In this document: in pieces, positions 52,111 to 62,268 of the stretch | How the letters are laid out: each line of letters opens with the position of its first letter | Numbering within the stretch: position 1 is the stretch's first letter | Assembly (NCBI GenBank): GCA_963708295.1 | Contig: CAVPSJ010000014.1 | Coordinates: 160,001-224,000, forward strand | Reading direction: 5' to 3' | DNA: 64,000 nucleotides | Origin: an uncultured delta proteobacterium | Lineage (GTDB): Bacteria; Desulfobacterota; BSN033; UBA1163 | Made by a program: the position numbers and the translations under genes | Notes under the pieces: model-generated | What the model was told of the DNA's origin: nothing | Database searches by the model: none | The model's input: the letters and a program-made list of their open reading frames with translations, nothing else

Positions 52111-53418
52111 CTATCTCACAAGATCTGACAAAACCAAAACGGTCCAGTAGGGGGAGAGACATAGGAGAATATTTGCAATGATGTAAGTCGGTATGTAGTA
52201 TACGGCGCCTCTGAAGACAGTTCCGATGGGAATATCCTTGGCCATCCCGGCGACGACATAACAACAGATCCCGATCGGTGGCATAAGGGCTCCCATGGTG
52301 GTGGTGATCGTAATGATCTGCCCATACCAGATCGGGTCATAACCCATTCCCTGGACGATCGGGTAGAAGATGGGGAGGGAGATTAAGAGAAAAGCCAACG
52401 CATCCATGACGCAACCGCCGATCATATAGCAGAAGAGGATGATCCAGAGGAGCATCCAATTTGGCAACGCGAGCGTACTGATCCACGATGCGGCTTCGAA
52501 GGGGAGCCGGGTCACGGCAAGAAAACGGCCAAAAATCGTAGCGCCAGCAACAATCATAAAAACCAGGCATGAAATACGAAGCGTGTCAACACAGGAAGCA
52601 ACAAATCCCTTCCATGTCAGTTTTTTTCTTATAATACAGATAATCAGGCCCACAGCGCTGCTTGCGGCCGCAGCCTCTGTCGCGGTTACCATCCCCGTAA
52701 AGAGAGCAACCATGATGATAAGAAATAGGATGACGATATCGATCGCATCGGGAAGGGACCTCCATCTTTCTTTCCAGGTACTTTTAGGCCCTTTTGGACC
52801 CCAGTCCGGATGTCGATAACAGATGTAGACGACGGTGGCTGCAATTAAAATGGTCAGGATGGCACTGGGGATCACATTTCCGAAAAATAGTTTACCAATG
52901 GACTGTCCGGTGTAGATTGCATAAACAACCAGTACAATACTCGGAGGGATCATGACGCCGAGGGTGGAGCCAGCCACGACCGACCCTGCACTGAGCATCG
53001 GATGGTAGTTATACTTTTTCATTTCCGGGATGGCCACGGTACTCATGGTTGCCGCCGTTGCCGTATTTGAGCCGCTGATGGCCGAAAAAGCAGCACAGGC
53101 CATAATCGTGGTGATCGCTAAACCGCCTTTATAATGGCCGAACCATTTGTAGGTCGTAAAATAGAGCGTATTATTATAGCCTCCGTAGTGGGCAAATTCT
53201 CCCACCAGGATGAACATCGGAATGACCGTCAGGCCATAATTCGAGAAGATATTCCACATATCGGTGCCGATCATTCCAAAGGCTGCTTTGAAACCGGCCA
53301 CATAACTAAACCCTAAGAACCCAACCAATGCCATCGTAAACCCGACGGGGATCCTGAGCAGGAAAAGAACGACGAACATGAGTAGAATTCCGTAGACTCC
53401 AACGATCGGACCTTCCAT
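52111..53418 (-). CDS. dctM: TRAP transporter large permease
   Basis: IPMF, ISGSNTATA, GTLG-like STLGVMIPPS, TATEAA, PPIG. Confidence 0.92.
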   Translation of the reverse strand: MEGPIVGVYGILLMFVVLFLLRIPVGFTMALVGFLGFSYVAGFKAAFGMIGTDMWNIFSNYGLTVIPMFILVGEFAHYGGYNNTLYFTTYKWFGHYKGGLAITTIMACAAFSAISGSNTATAATMSTVAIPEMKKYNYHPMLSAGSVVAGSTLGVMIPPSIVLVVYAIYTGQSIGKLFFGNVIPSAILTILIAATVVYICYRHPDWGPKGPKSTWKERWRSLPDAIDIVILFLIIMVALFTGMVTATEAAAASSAVGLIICIIRKKLTWKGFVASCVDTLRISCLVFMIVAGATIFGRFLAVTRLPFEAASWISTLALPNWMLLWIILFCYMIGGCVMDALAFLLISLPIFYPIVQGMGYDPIWYGQIITITTTMGALMPPIGICCYVVAGMAKDIPIGTVFRGAVYYIPTYIIANILLCLSPYWTVLVLSDLVR

Positions 53419-53497
53419 CTCCTATTCAGTCCTCCTTGCTCTTGAAGTTAATCCGCAATTCGCAATCCGCATTCCGCAATTGACTTCCATCCTTCAG

Positions 53498-53986
53498 TCA
53501 GTCCTCCTTGCTTTTCAAGTTCTTGACAAAATCGATAATCAGTGTGAGGGAGAAGACTGCGAATCCGAAGGAAACGCTGTAGATAAAAGGATGGAAAATG
53601 ATTTTCAATGTTTCCGAAACCTCTCCTGATTTCGATATCTTCATGCCCCAGACGAATACCTGCCAGGAGATGATGGCAAAGAAAATCATCGTAATGAAAT
53701 AATTGATCCCGTCGAGAACGCGATTGACCCGCTTCGGAAACTTTTCTGTCAAGATGTCGACAACGATATGATCTTTTCTTTTCTGGGTGTAGCCGAGTGC
53801 AAAGGCGATGACGATGGCTCCTAAGAACCCAACGGTTTCATAAGCTCCTCGCCAGGTCGATTTAATAAAGGGGACTCTCAAGAAGGCATTCGTTGTGGCG
53901 ATGGCCATAAGGAGGAGTACGGCGACACTGCCTAAGACCATCAGGATTTTGTTGAGGAAATCATTTATCCTTTCGAGAGTATGCAT
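53498..53986 (-). CDS. dctQ: TRAP transporter small permease
   Basis: Four TM segments; HIVVD motif; between dctP and dctM. Confidence 0.88.
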   Translation of the reverse strand: MHTLERINDFLNKILMVLGSVAVLLLMAIATTNAFLRVPFIKSTWRGAYETVGFLGAIVIAFALGYTQKRKDHIVVDILTEKFPKRVNRVLDGINYFITMIFFAIISWQVFVWGMKISKSGEVSETLKIIFHPFIYSVSFGFAVFSLTLIIDFVKNLKSKED

Positions 53987-54023
53987 TCTTTTCCCTCGCC
54001 CCAATCTCCACAGACTCATCGGT

Positions 54024-54239
54024 AAGGCGGTTGGGTGTGCTTAGGCGGCCCAAAATAAAATAGACAATTACCATTGCCGGGCGATTTATCGCTCATACCT
54101 TTACAGCGGTACCTTTAAACGTTTGGCCCTCCTCATTTTCAGACACATCCTAGGCCCCCTCCAGCTGACATCGCGTGTTACCCATAAAACATCGTAAAAA
54201 ACCGCTTGGTAAAGATTGGAAAGCATACTCAACCGCCTT
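54024..54239. repeat. 216-bp element closed by a 19-bp inverted repeat
   Basis: AAGGCGGTTGGGTGTGCTT ... AAGCATACTCAACCGCCTT; right end homologous to ~59555-59620. Confidence 0.6.
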
Positions 54240-54300
54240 TTTCATAACAATATCTGGATAAATAGGGTGCACGGAGAATCCCCGGGCACCCTATGGTTCT

Positions 54301-55323
54301 TTACTTGTACTGCTTTTCGTACTTTTCTTTCAACGCGTAGACATCCTTCATGATCTGACTGCCTGGCAGCCCCGCTTTCGTCACTCTCTCGACGTAGGTG
54401 TCGATCAGGGGTTTAATGAGTTTGGATACCTCTGCGTTTTCGCCGGCAGGAAGTTCAAAGATCTGAAGGTTATATTTTTCTTTTGACCACTTGAGGGACT
54501 CCTGGACATGGTTGTCGACATAGTTCCCTGTCCAGAGCGCCCATTCCTTTTTCATGTCATCGATCACTTTCTTTACGTCGGCAGGCAGTGCGTCCCACTT
54601 CCCCTTATTCATCACCACGCTGAAGGTGACCACCCACAGGTTTGCGATGGTTGCATTCGCTGTGTAGGAAGCGTAGTTAAAGTCTTTGAGGACTTCCATG
54701 GAAGAGACATGGCCCTTTACTGTCCCCTTCTGGAGCGCCTCGGGTGTGTCGGACTGCGGCATGGCGACCGGTATCCCACCCAGATTCTTTATGATGTCTG
54801 CTTGAGTTCCCCCCACCCTCAATTCGAGTCCCTTTAGGTCCTTAAGGGATTTCACCGGCTTGATGGTCATGATATTCGCCGGGGGGCATGTGAACAAGGT
54901 GATGATCTTCACCTGTTCAAACTCTTTGGGCTTATATTTTTCGATAAGATCATAAAGGGCGAGGCTTGCGGCTTTTGCACTTGAGAATCCGACAGGTTGA
55001 TCAATCGCCTCCGAGACAGGGAAACGGCCGGGTTGGTAGCTCATCGCCAAACAACCGATGTCCGCTGTTCCGGAGATGACCCCTTCGAACATGTTTTTCG
55101 GATTGAGCAGCGTGCTGCCGGGGAAGGTTTGGATGGCCACCTTTCCGCCGGTCCTCTTCTCAACCTCTTTTTTCCATTCCTCCATTTGGACACATGGGAA
55201 AGTTGGAGCTGGGGGGAAGTTTGCATAAGTCAATTTAATCTGGGCCTGGACAGGGACGGATAATACACTGATCCCCAACAAGAAGGCCGCTAATACCATC
55301 ATGGACATGCTCTTTTGTTTCAT
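54301..55323 (-). CDS. dctP: TRAP transporter substrate-binding protein
   Basis: Signal peptide; YQPGRFP, DLKGLELR, EALQKGTV. Confidence 0.92.
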   Translation of the reverse strand: MKQKSMSMMVLAAFLLGISVLSVPVQAQIKLTYANFPPAPTFPCVQMEEWKKEVEKRTGGKVAIQTFPGSTLLNPKNMFEGVISGTADIGCLAMSYQPGRFPVSEAIDQPVGFSSAKAASLALYDLIEKYKPKEFEQVKIITLFTCPPANIMTIKPVKSLKDLKGLELRVGGTQADIIKNLGGIPVAMPQSDTPEALQKGTVKGHVSSMEVLKDFNYASYTANATIANLWVVTFSVVMNKGKWDALPADVKKVIDDMKKEWALWTGNYVDNHVQESLKWSKEKYNLQIFELPAGENAEVSKLIKPLIDTYVERVTKAGLPGSQIMKDVYALKEKYEKQYK

Positions 55324-55364
55324 TTTCTCTAGACCTCCTTTCTAAGTCTGATGAGCCATTCGCC

Positions 55365-55396
55365 GTATACTGTATACAATAAACCCGATTTGTCAA
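55365..55396 (-). promoter_or_regulatory. Promoter (TTGACA) with GntR-like operator ATTGTATACAGTATAC
   Basis: Identical 16-mer to 15377-15392; 42 bp upstream of dctP. Confidence 0.7.
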
Positions 55397-55442
55397 GCTT
55401 TTTCTTGAGTGCTCCCACCTCCTTTTTTTGATTTAAATCGCA

Positions 55443-55961
55443 TCATATTTCTCCGATGGTTCGTTCGGTTTCCCCGTAAGGAAGCGGAACGATAAACACC
55501 GGTCTTCTGGCTCGATCCAATACCGAGCGGGCTACACTCCCCAGAAAGGTCTGTTTCAAGAACCCCTTTCCATGGGTTCCGAGAACGATCATGCTGCAGT
55601 CCTCATCGTCCGCTGCCTTCAATATCTCCTCAACAGGATATCCCGGACGGACCAGGATGCTCGAAACCTGGGCAAGGCATTGAGGAGCCTCTTGGGTTTC
55701 TTGCTTACAAAATTCCTGTAACCGTTTTTTAATCCGTTCAATGGCTATATCTTGCTCATATTTGATCTTTTCTTCCCATTTAGACTCATCCACATAAATT
55801 TTCATATAATGTTTTGCCATGGAGGGAATGGGCTCAATAACATGTAAAATGACAATCGCTGCATCATATTTTTCCGCCATCTTTGTGGCATATCGAAATG
55901 CATAGACAGAGTTCTTACTCAGGTCGGTCGCATAGAGGATTTTCGTTATTTGTGGGACCAT
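55443..55961 (-). CDS. Universal stress protein
   Basis: KILYATDLS, ILHVI, IVLGTHG..FLGSVA..V. Confidence 0.9.
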   Translation of the reverse strand: MVPQITKILYATDLSKNSVYAFRYATKMAEKYDAAIVILHVIEPIPSMAKHYMKIYVDESKWEEKIKYEQDIAIERIKKRLQEFCKQETQEAPQCLAQVSSILVRPGYPVEEILKAADDEDCSMIVLGTHGKGFLKQTFLGSVARSVLDRARRPVFIVPLPYGETERTIGEI

Positions 55962-56052
55962 CTGTCACTCCAAAGAAAATGGCTAAGGGTTCAAGGGTTA
56001 CGGGCCAAATCTCTTCTGTTCCGCATTCCACATTCTGCATTCCGCATTCGAT

Positions 56053-57345
56053 TCAGATGCCCCGGTTGTCAAAAACTCGTTTGCTCTTCCGCTCCGATCT
56101 CGGAAGGCTTCCGTAGTTCACGATCTCCACTTTGCCGCTGACCAGAATCTGTTTCTTAATTTCCTCTTCAATCGATCTGACCAGGACGGGATCTTCCGCC
56201 GAAAGACCCCCTTCCGTCCTTTCGACCTTGATCGTCATGTAGTCCTTACCGTCTTCTTTCTGGTCAAGGTGAATCTGGTATTCACTCCCCACGCCCTTGG
56301 TGTTGGATAGGATATGATCAATCTGGCCGGGGTAGATGTTGACGGCCCGGATAATAAACATATCGTCCGAACGGCCCAACAATCGGTCATGCATCGGAAG
56401 TACGGAGCCACAAGAGCACCGCTTCGGAATGAGTCTGGTGAGGTCCCGGGTCCGGTAGCGGACAAGAGGGGCAGCTTCTTTCCGAAGGGTCGTGATCACC
56501 ATTTCTCCCGTCTCTCCGGGTGGAACGGGAAGAAGCGTTTCAGGGTCGAGAAGTTCAAGAATGTAGTAGTCTGCCCAGTAATGGATGCCCTCATGATAGA
56601 TGCAATCAAGGCCGGTGCCGGGGCCGTAGAGTTCGGTCAATCCGGGAATATCGAAGACGTGCTCCACGCCCAGAAGCTCCTTCATCTTCTTTCTCTGGGA
56701 ATCGCTCGAACGCTCAGAGCCCATGATCACTTTTTTGAGAGCGATCTTATTCCTCAGGCTCCTCTTTTCGATTTCCTCTGCCATGAGGATGCCCATCGAG
56801 GCGGTGCAGCATAAGACGGTCGATTGGAAGTCTTCCAGGAACTGACATTGCATGTCGATATTGCCCGGACCCACGGGAATGGCCATCGCCCCCAAACGTT
56901 CTACCCCTAGCTGAAAACCAACTCCCGCCGTCCATACGCCGTATCCTACTGCAATCTGGACCCGGTCCTTGGTCGTCAATCCAGCCATTTCATAACAGCG
57001 GGCAAACATGTTGGCCCAGTCCTGAATATCCTTCTGTGTGTAGCAGAGGACCTTTCGTTTTCCGGTCGTTCCCGAGGAAGCATGGATTCGAACAATCTTC
57101 TCAAAAGGGATGGATCTCAGCGGAAAAGGGTATCCCTCCTGAAGGTCTTTCGAGGTGGTGAAGGGAAGTCTAGAGATATCCTTGAGAGATTTGACTTGAC
57201 GGGGCTTCACTCCCGCCTCCTCAAATCGTTTTCGATAGAATTCGGAATTCTTATAAACATGGTTTATCGTCCATTGAAGCCCTTCCGTCTGAACCCGCTT
57301 CAGCTCCCTCTCTGTCCTGATTTTAGGCATGAAGGTTCGTCCCAT
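56053..57345 (-). CDS. Phenylacetate-CoA ligase family (aryl/indole-acetate-CoA ligase)
   Basis: RIHASSGTTG, YGVWTAG, RYRTRDLT, GRSDDMFIIRAVN. Confidence 0.9.
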   Translation of the reverse strand: MGRTFMPKIRTERELKRVQTEGLQWTINHVYKNSEFYRKRFEEAGVKPRQVKSLKDISRLPFTTSKDLQEGYPFPLRSIPFEKIVRIHASSGTTGKRKVLCYTQKDIQDWANMFARCYEMAGLTTKDRVQIAVGYGVWTAGVGFQLGVERLGAMAIPVGPGNIDMQCQFLEDFQSTVLCCTASMGILMAEEIEKRSLRNKIALKKVIMGSERSSDSQRKKMKELLGVEHVFDIPGLTELYGPGTGLDCIYHEGIHYWADYYILELLDPETLLPVPPGETGEMVITTLRKEAAPLVRYRTRDLTRLIPKRCSCGSVLPMHDRLLGRSDDMFIIRAVNIYPGQIDHILSNTKGVGSEYQIHLDQKEDGKDYMTIKVERTEGGLSAEDPVLVRSIEEEIKKQILVSGKVEIVNYGSLPRSERKSKRVFDNRGI

Positions 57346-57429
57346 GAGTTATCCCCCGACTGTCTTATTCTTCGAACGCTTATGAATGTGCTTATAAAAA
57401 ATATCGGTTATTGACGATGGCCATAATAC

Positions 57430-57508
57430 CGTCATTCCGGTGGAAACCGGAATCCAGAACGTGATGAAAGATGAAGTCTCCTGGACTCCGGCTTTCGCCG
57501 GAGTGACG
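57430..57508. repeat. REP pair GTCATTCCG..GGAATCCAG / CTGGACTCCG..CGGAGTGAC
   Basis: Inverted REP doublet; related singlets at ~13873, ~41500, ~63963. Confidence 0.7.
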
Positions 57509-57568
57509 AGTGAATGCTCTCGTGGATTTATATTTTATAGGAAACCCTTCTTATCCTCTATGACCTGT

Positions 57569-59302
57569 TTATACCCTCCTCAAAGACTCTCTGAGCTTTC
57601 GGGTTGCCTCCTCGTCAAGCGCCAGGGTTTTGGGATGGAGGATGACCCCATAATCCTCCATGGCCTTTTCAAGAGTCACATATCCTTCGACCACATCGCG
57701 CTTTACCCCTTCAGGTTCACGGTCCAGCGGATTTCCATAGCCTCCTCCACCGGCGGCATCGATGGTCACGACATCACCGGGTTTGAGCTGCGTTAGCCCG
57801 AAAGGATTTCCGGGCGCCCCGTTTACCAGAAACTGTGCTCTCGCTCCGGGTTTGCCGCCGTAGAGTCCCTCCGGAGGATGGATGTGCCTTCCCGCCTGTA
57901 TCCCTAAGTTTACAGGCGGAAGAGGGGCATACTGGTCATCGGGCACTCTAAAAACTTCTCTTTGCCCAATTCCTCCTTTCATCCTGCCCGGGCCCCCCGA
58001 ATCGGGAAGGAGTTCCCTGTTTTCCACAAGGAGGGGCGTGTCGCTTTCGAAAATCTCGATCGGCGTATTCGCACCGTTCGCAGGGAAGATGTAGACGTAA
58101 TTTCCATCGCTGACGGAGCTCGCTCCCATTCCGCCGCCCCGGATGACCACGGAATGCCATGGCCTTCCGTCATTCCTTCTCCCGTAGAAGACGTTCATCT
58201 GGGCAGGCGTGCCCCCGCTTGCAGCAATCACCTTGTTCGGTGCGACGTTGGAGAGGGCTCTGTAAATGATCTCCGTGATGTAATGCCCGATCACGAGCCG
58301 GGCCGCCACGGCCGCAGGAAATTTGCAGTGGACCACCGTCCCCTCCGGGGCCTTCAATGTGACGGGTCTTGCGCAGCCGTCATTGTTGGGGATATCCGGC
58401 CCAAACATGCTCTTGACGCCATGAACACATACGCATAGGTGAAGTTGTAGACCACGTTGCCGCCCCAGTGGACCTGAGGAGAAGACCCGTCGAGGTCCAC
58501 CGATGATATCGCTTCCTTTTACTTCAACGGCGGCTTTAATCAGCACATCCTGCTTGCCCCTTCATCTGTTCGATGATGCCTTCCGCGCGGTAAATGCCGT
58601 CGGGAATCTTCTCGATCTCCTCTCTCATGCTCTTCTCTGTTCTGCCGATGACCTCATCTGCGAGGTCATCCAGGTTCTCCAAATCGTTTTCCTGAGCATC
58701 TGGCCAATCTTCTCCGAGCACACATGATTGGCTGCGATCTGGGAGCGGATATCTCCGATCACCTCATCGGGCGTGCGCACATTCCAGCGAATCATGTCCA
58801 GCACTGAATGATTGAGCACCCCTCCGTCATAGAGCTTCACGAGGGGAATGAAGAGTCCTTCCTCGAAGACATCATGGTTGTCCGAGGAGACGCGACCGCC
58901 GATATCCGAATGATGAAACACGCAGGCCGTGAAGGCCACTACCTTATTTTTGTAGAAGATCGGGCTCATCACGCAGACATCGTTCAGATGGCCGGCCAGG
59001 GCCCAGGGGTCGTTGGTGATGAAGATATCGCCGGGTTTGTAAGCTTCCAAAGGGAGTTTGGCGACGAGATTCTTGATTCCGAGGGCCATGGCTCCGGATT
59101 GGCCGGGAGTTGCAAATGACCCTTGTGCAAGTTCCCGACCTTTCTGATCCGTGAACATGCAGGTGTAGTCGTGGGCGTCCCTCAACAGGCTTGAAAAGGC
59201 CGTTCGGGCAACGGAGCTATCGGACTCATCCACGATGGAGATCAATCTTCGCCAGAGTATTTCCAATGTGATTGGATCGAATACGCGTCCCCTCCGTCCC
59301 AT
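57569..59302 (-). CDS. Hydantoinase B/oxoprolinase subunit (several frameshifts 58430-58700)
   Basis: DPITLEI, TNDPW..GHLND, HHSDIGG, EEGLFIP, PNNDG, NTPIE, GGGGYGNP. Confidence 0.85.
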
Positions 59303-59316
59303 CTCATTCCTCCTGT

Positions 59317-59499
59317 CAGGTTGTTAAGAAACGCCCATCTGCGGCGTATCTCTCATCCTTCGTCGTTGCGGAGTACTGCTTAGTACACCTCAAGCCGGCT
59401 CACCCACTCACCGGCGTGGCAAGAAGTCGCTCCTTATTCGTTGCGACGCCACTCTCAGGATTTCGAGAGCCTTGCATCTGGGCATTTCTTAGCAACCTG
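59317..59499. mobile_element. MITE-like element copy 3
   Basis: CAGGTTGTTAAGAAACGCCCATCTGC...GGGCATTTCTTAGCAACCTG; core nearly identical to the 21413 copy. Confidence 0.7.
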
Positions 59500-59637
59500 A
59501 AGAAATTGTTTTCTCAACACCGCATCCAAACCAGCACACTCGGTGAACAAAAATCGTTCCCAGAATAAAACACTTCAAGATGCGCTTCGTAAAGGTCTGG
59601 AAGTGCCCTCAACCGCCTTTCCACTGCAGTCACTGGG

Positions 59638-61835
59638 TTAACGCTTCGATTTTCCCCGGGCCGAAGTCTTGGGTTTTTCCCTCGTGGATGGGGGCCGACT
59701 TTTTTGACCTTGCCCCATGGGAGCGGGCTCTGGTGTTCTCGAAATATCAATCCACAGAAATCCAAAGTCATCCACTGAAACCGAGGCGTTCTCGCCGACG
59801 ATGACGGTCGATTCTTTCTCTTCAATGATCGCAGGGCCTTTAAACTTTGCTTTCGGAAAAAGTTTGTATCGATCGTAGACCGTGTAGGGGATGAAATCCC
59901 TGGCCACAGGAGAGTAAGCCTTGCGCTTTCCTTTGATCGCCCGATCAGGAGACTTCCCCTTGCTTTCAAGTTTCGGGAACTTGAATCAAGCCGTTCAGGA
60001 AGACTCGCTCTCACCTTGAAGTTGATGAATTCCACTTCCGAGTCAGGATAGGTTCTTCCGTAGAGCTTTTCATAGACTTGATCAAAGCGCCGGCCGGACT
60101 CCTTCTTTCTTCATCCTGGCGAAGTCTCCTCCGGCGACCGGGACGTTGGTTTCCGATCCCTGCCCGACAAACCGCATATCCAGGGATCTCTCGAATCTGA
60201 ATCTCTTTTTCGCTGCCTGCTTTCTTGAGAGATTCTTGTCGCCTCCGCTTCCAGCCCCGGAAGATCTTTTCAACTTCATTAAAATGGGCAGCCGCCAGGG
60301 ACACCTTATGGCTCCTCACAAGGTCAAAGGCTCGAGGAGCAGTGAAGAAGCCGAGGGCCGAATCCGACTCCTGCATTCGGCGGAACGAGCAAGCTCGGCG
60401 CTCCCAGTTTCTTGCGCAAGGCCATAAGCATGCACCGGCCCTGCTCCGCCGAAAGCCACGACCGTGACGATCTTGGGGTTTCCGCCCTTTTCGGCAATGT
60501 GCGTTTTCGCTGCAGCGGCCATGGTCTCGTTGATGAGATCATGGATTCCCCAGATGGCCTGAATAAAGGAGACCCCCAGAGGCTTGGCGATCTTTTCCGT
60601 CGACGCCACGTCTGGCAGCCTCCTTGTCGAGCTTCATTTCGCCGCCCAGGAAGTAGTTCTCGTCGAGATAGCCCAATAAGAGGTCGGCATCGGTGACGCA
60701 TGGGTCTTGTCCCTCCATCTCGCGTAACAGATGGGCCCGGGGTCTGCGCCCGAGCTTTCCGGCCCCACCTGAAGTGTTCCCAGTTCTGCTCACTTTGGCA
60801 ATGCTCCCGCCTCCCGCTCCGATCTCCATCAAGTCAACCACGGGCACCTGAATGGTCAGGCCGCTCCCCTTCATGAACCGTTGGACCCGGCCGACCTCGA
60901 AGGTCGGGCACGACACCGGCCACCCCTCGTTGAATCAGGCAGGACTTGGCGGTTGTCCCTCCCATGTCAAAACAGAACATTTCTGAAAGGCTGAAGAGTT
61001 TGCCATAGTACTGGCCCGCGATCACTGCCGCGGTCGGACCGGATTCGATGATCCTAACGGGAAACTGGGCGGCCGTATCAACGGACGTCACCCCGCCGCT
61101 TGAAAGCATGATGAAAAGCTTTCCTTTGCAACCAACGGACTCCAGCCTACCGGACAACTTGGAAAGGTATCTTTCGGTCAGAGGCTTGACATAGGCGTTG
61201 GTCACTGTGGTGCTGGTCCTCTCATACTCCCTGATCTGCGGTAAAACCTGATAGGAGATGGAGATCGATATTCCGGGAGCCTCCTTCTCGATGATCTCTT
61301 TGATCATGAGTTCGTGGGTTGGGTTTTCAAAGGAATTGATGAGACAGACGGCGATCGATTCTACGCCCATGTTGAGGAGAGACCGGACCCGTTGACTCGC
61401 CTCCCCGGGATCGAGGGGCTTTAGGACCGTCCCGTCGCTCCGAATCCGTTCGTCCACTTCGACGCGGAATTGTCTCGGGATCAAGGGTTTGGGGAATTCA
61501 GCGAAAACATCGTAAGGCGCATACCGTATCCCCCTCCCGATTTCCAAAACATCCTTGAAGCCCTTTGTGGTGATGAGACCTGTTTTGGCGCCCTTTCTCT
61601 CGATAATAGAGTTGATGACGAGGGTTGTCCCATGGATCACTTCGTCCATCTTTTCTACAAAGGCCGGTGTGTTTTTCTCCATTTCTCTGATGCCATGCTC
61701 CACGGCATCGGAGGGATCTTTAGGAGTGGTCAGACACTTGTAGATCTTCAGCTCTCCGGTTTGATCGTTCAGCAGGACGAAGTCGGTGAAGGTGCCGCCG
61801 ATGTCGCAGCCTAATCGATAGAGGTTTCCAGCCAT
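59638..61835 (-). CDS. Hydantoinase A/oxoprolinase ATP-dependent subunit (multiple frameshifts 59980-60910)
   Basis: DIGGTFTD, HGTT, EYERTST, ESGP, DMGGTT, IGAGGGS, VTDAD, FGGAGP, GPAIIEE. Confidence 0.85.
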
Positions 61836-61899
61836 GGATGCCTCCTGAATTCAAATTCGAAATCCGAATATTGACACCCCTGCCTTCGCGCAGGGTTCC

Positions 61900-62161
61900 T
61901 CCTTCTTGGATCCCTGGAGGTGAGATTATAGAACAGACCTGCATTCAAGGCATTAGAAAAAGTTTTTCGACGAGAGAGGATAGCCCGTTTGGGGAGTCCT
62001 GTTGTTCCTGAAGTATACCCGCGGTCAAGAAGGCGAGGGCAGAGTCGATTGGCGCGGAGGGTTAACTGCCGGTAGGTGAATGGACGATCTTCAAAGATTA
62101 GAGTTCTCTTGCGAGGTTGAAGAGAGTTCCATTTTCTTATCCAATCACCGACGTTGATCAC
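61900..62161 (-). pseudogene. Internally deleted remnant of an AMP-forming acyl-CoA ligase
   Basis: N-terminus (..FTYRQL..RANRL) abuts YTSGTTGLPK directly, then truncates. Confidence 0.7.
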
Positions 62162-62268
62162 GGGACCATTCAAGTATGGAATGCTGGAATACCGGGGAGA
62201 TGGGATAAGGGGTTTAAAGAATTTCCTCATTTATGGTCCAATCATCCGTCGTTCCGATATTCCGTGTT

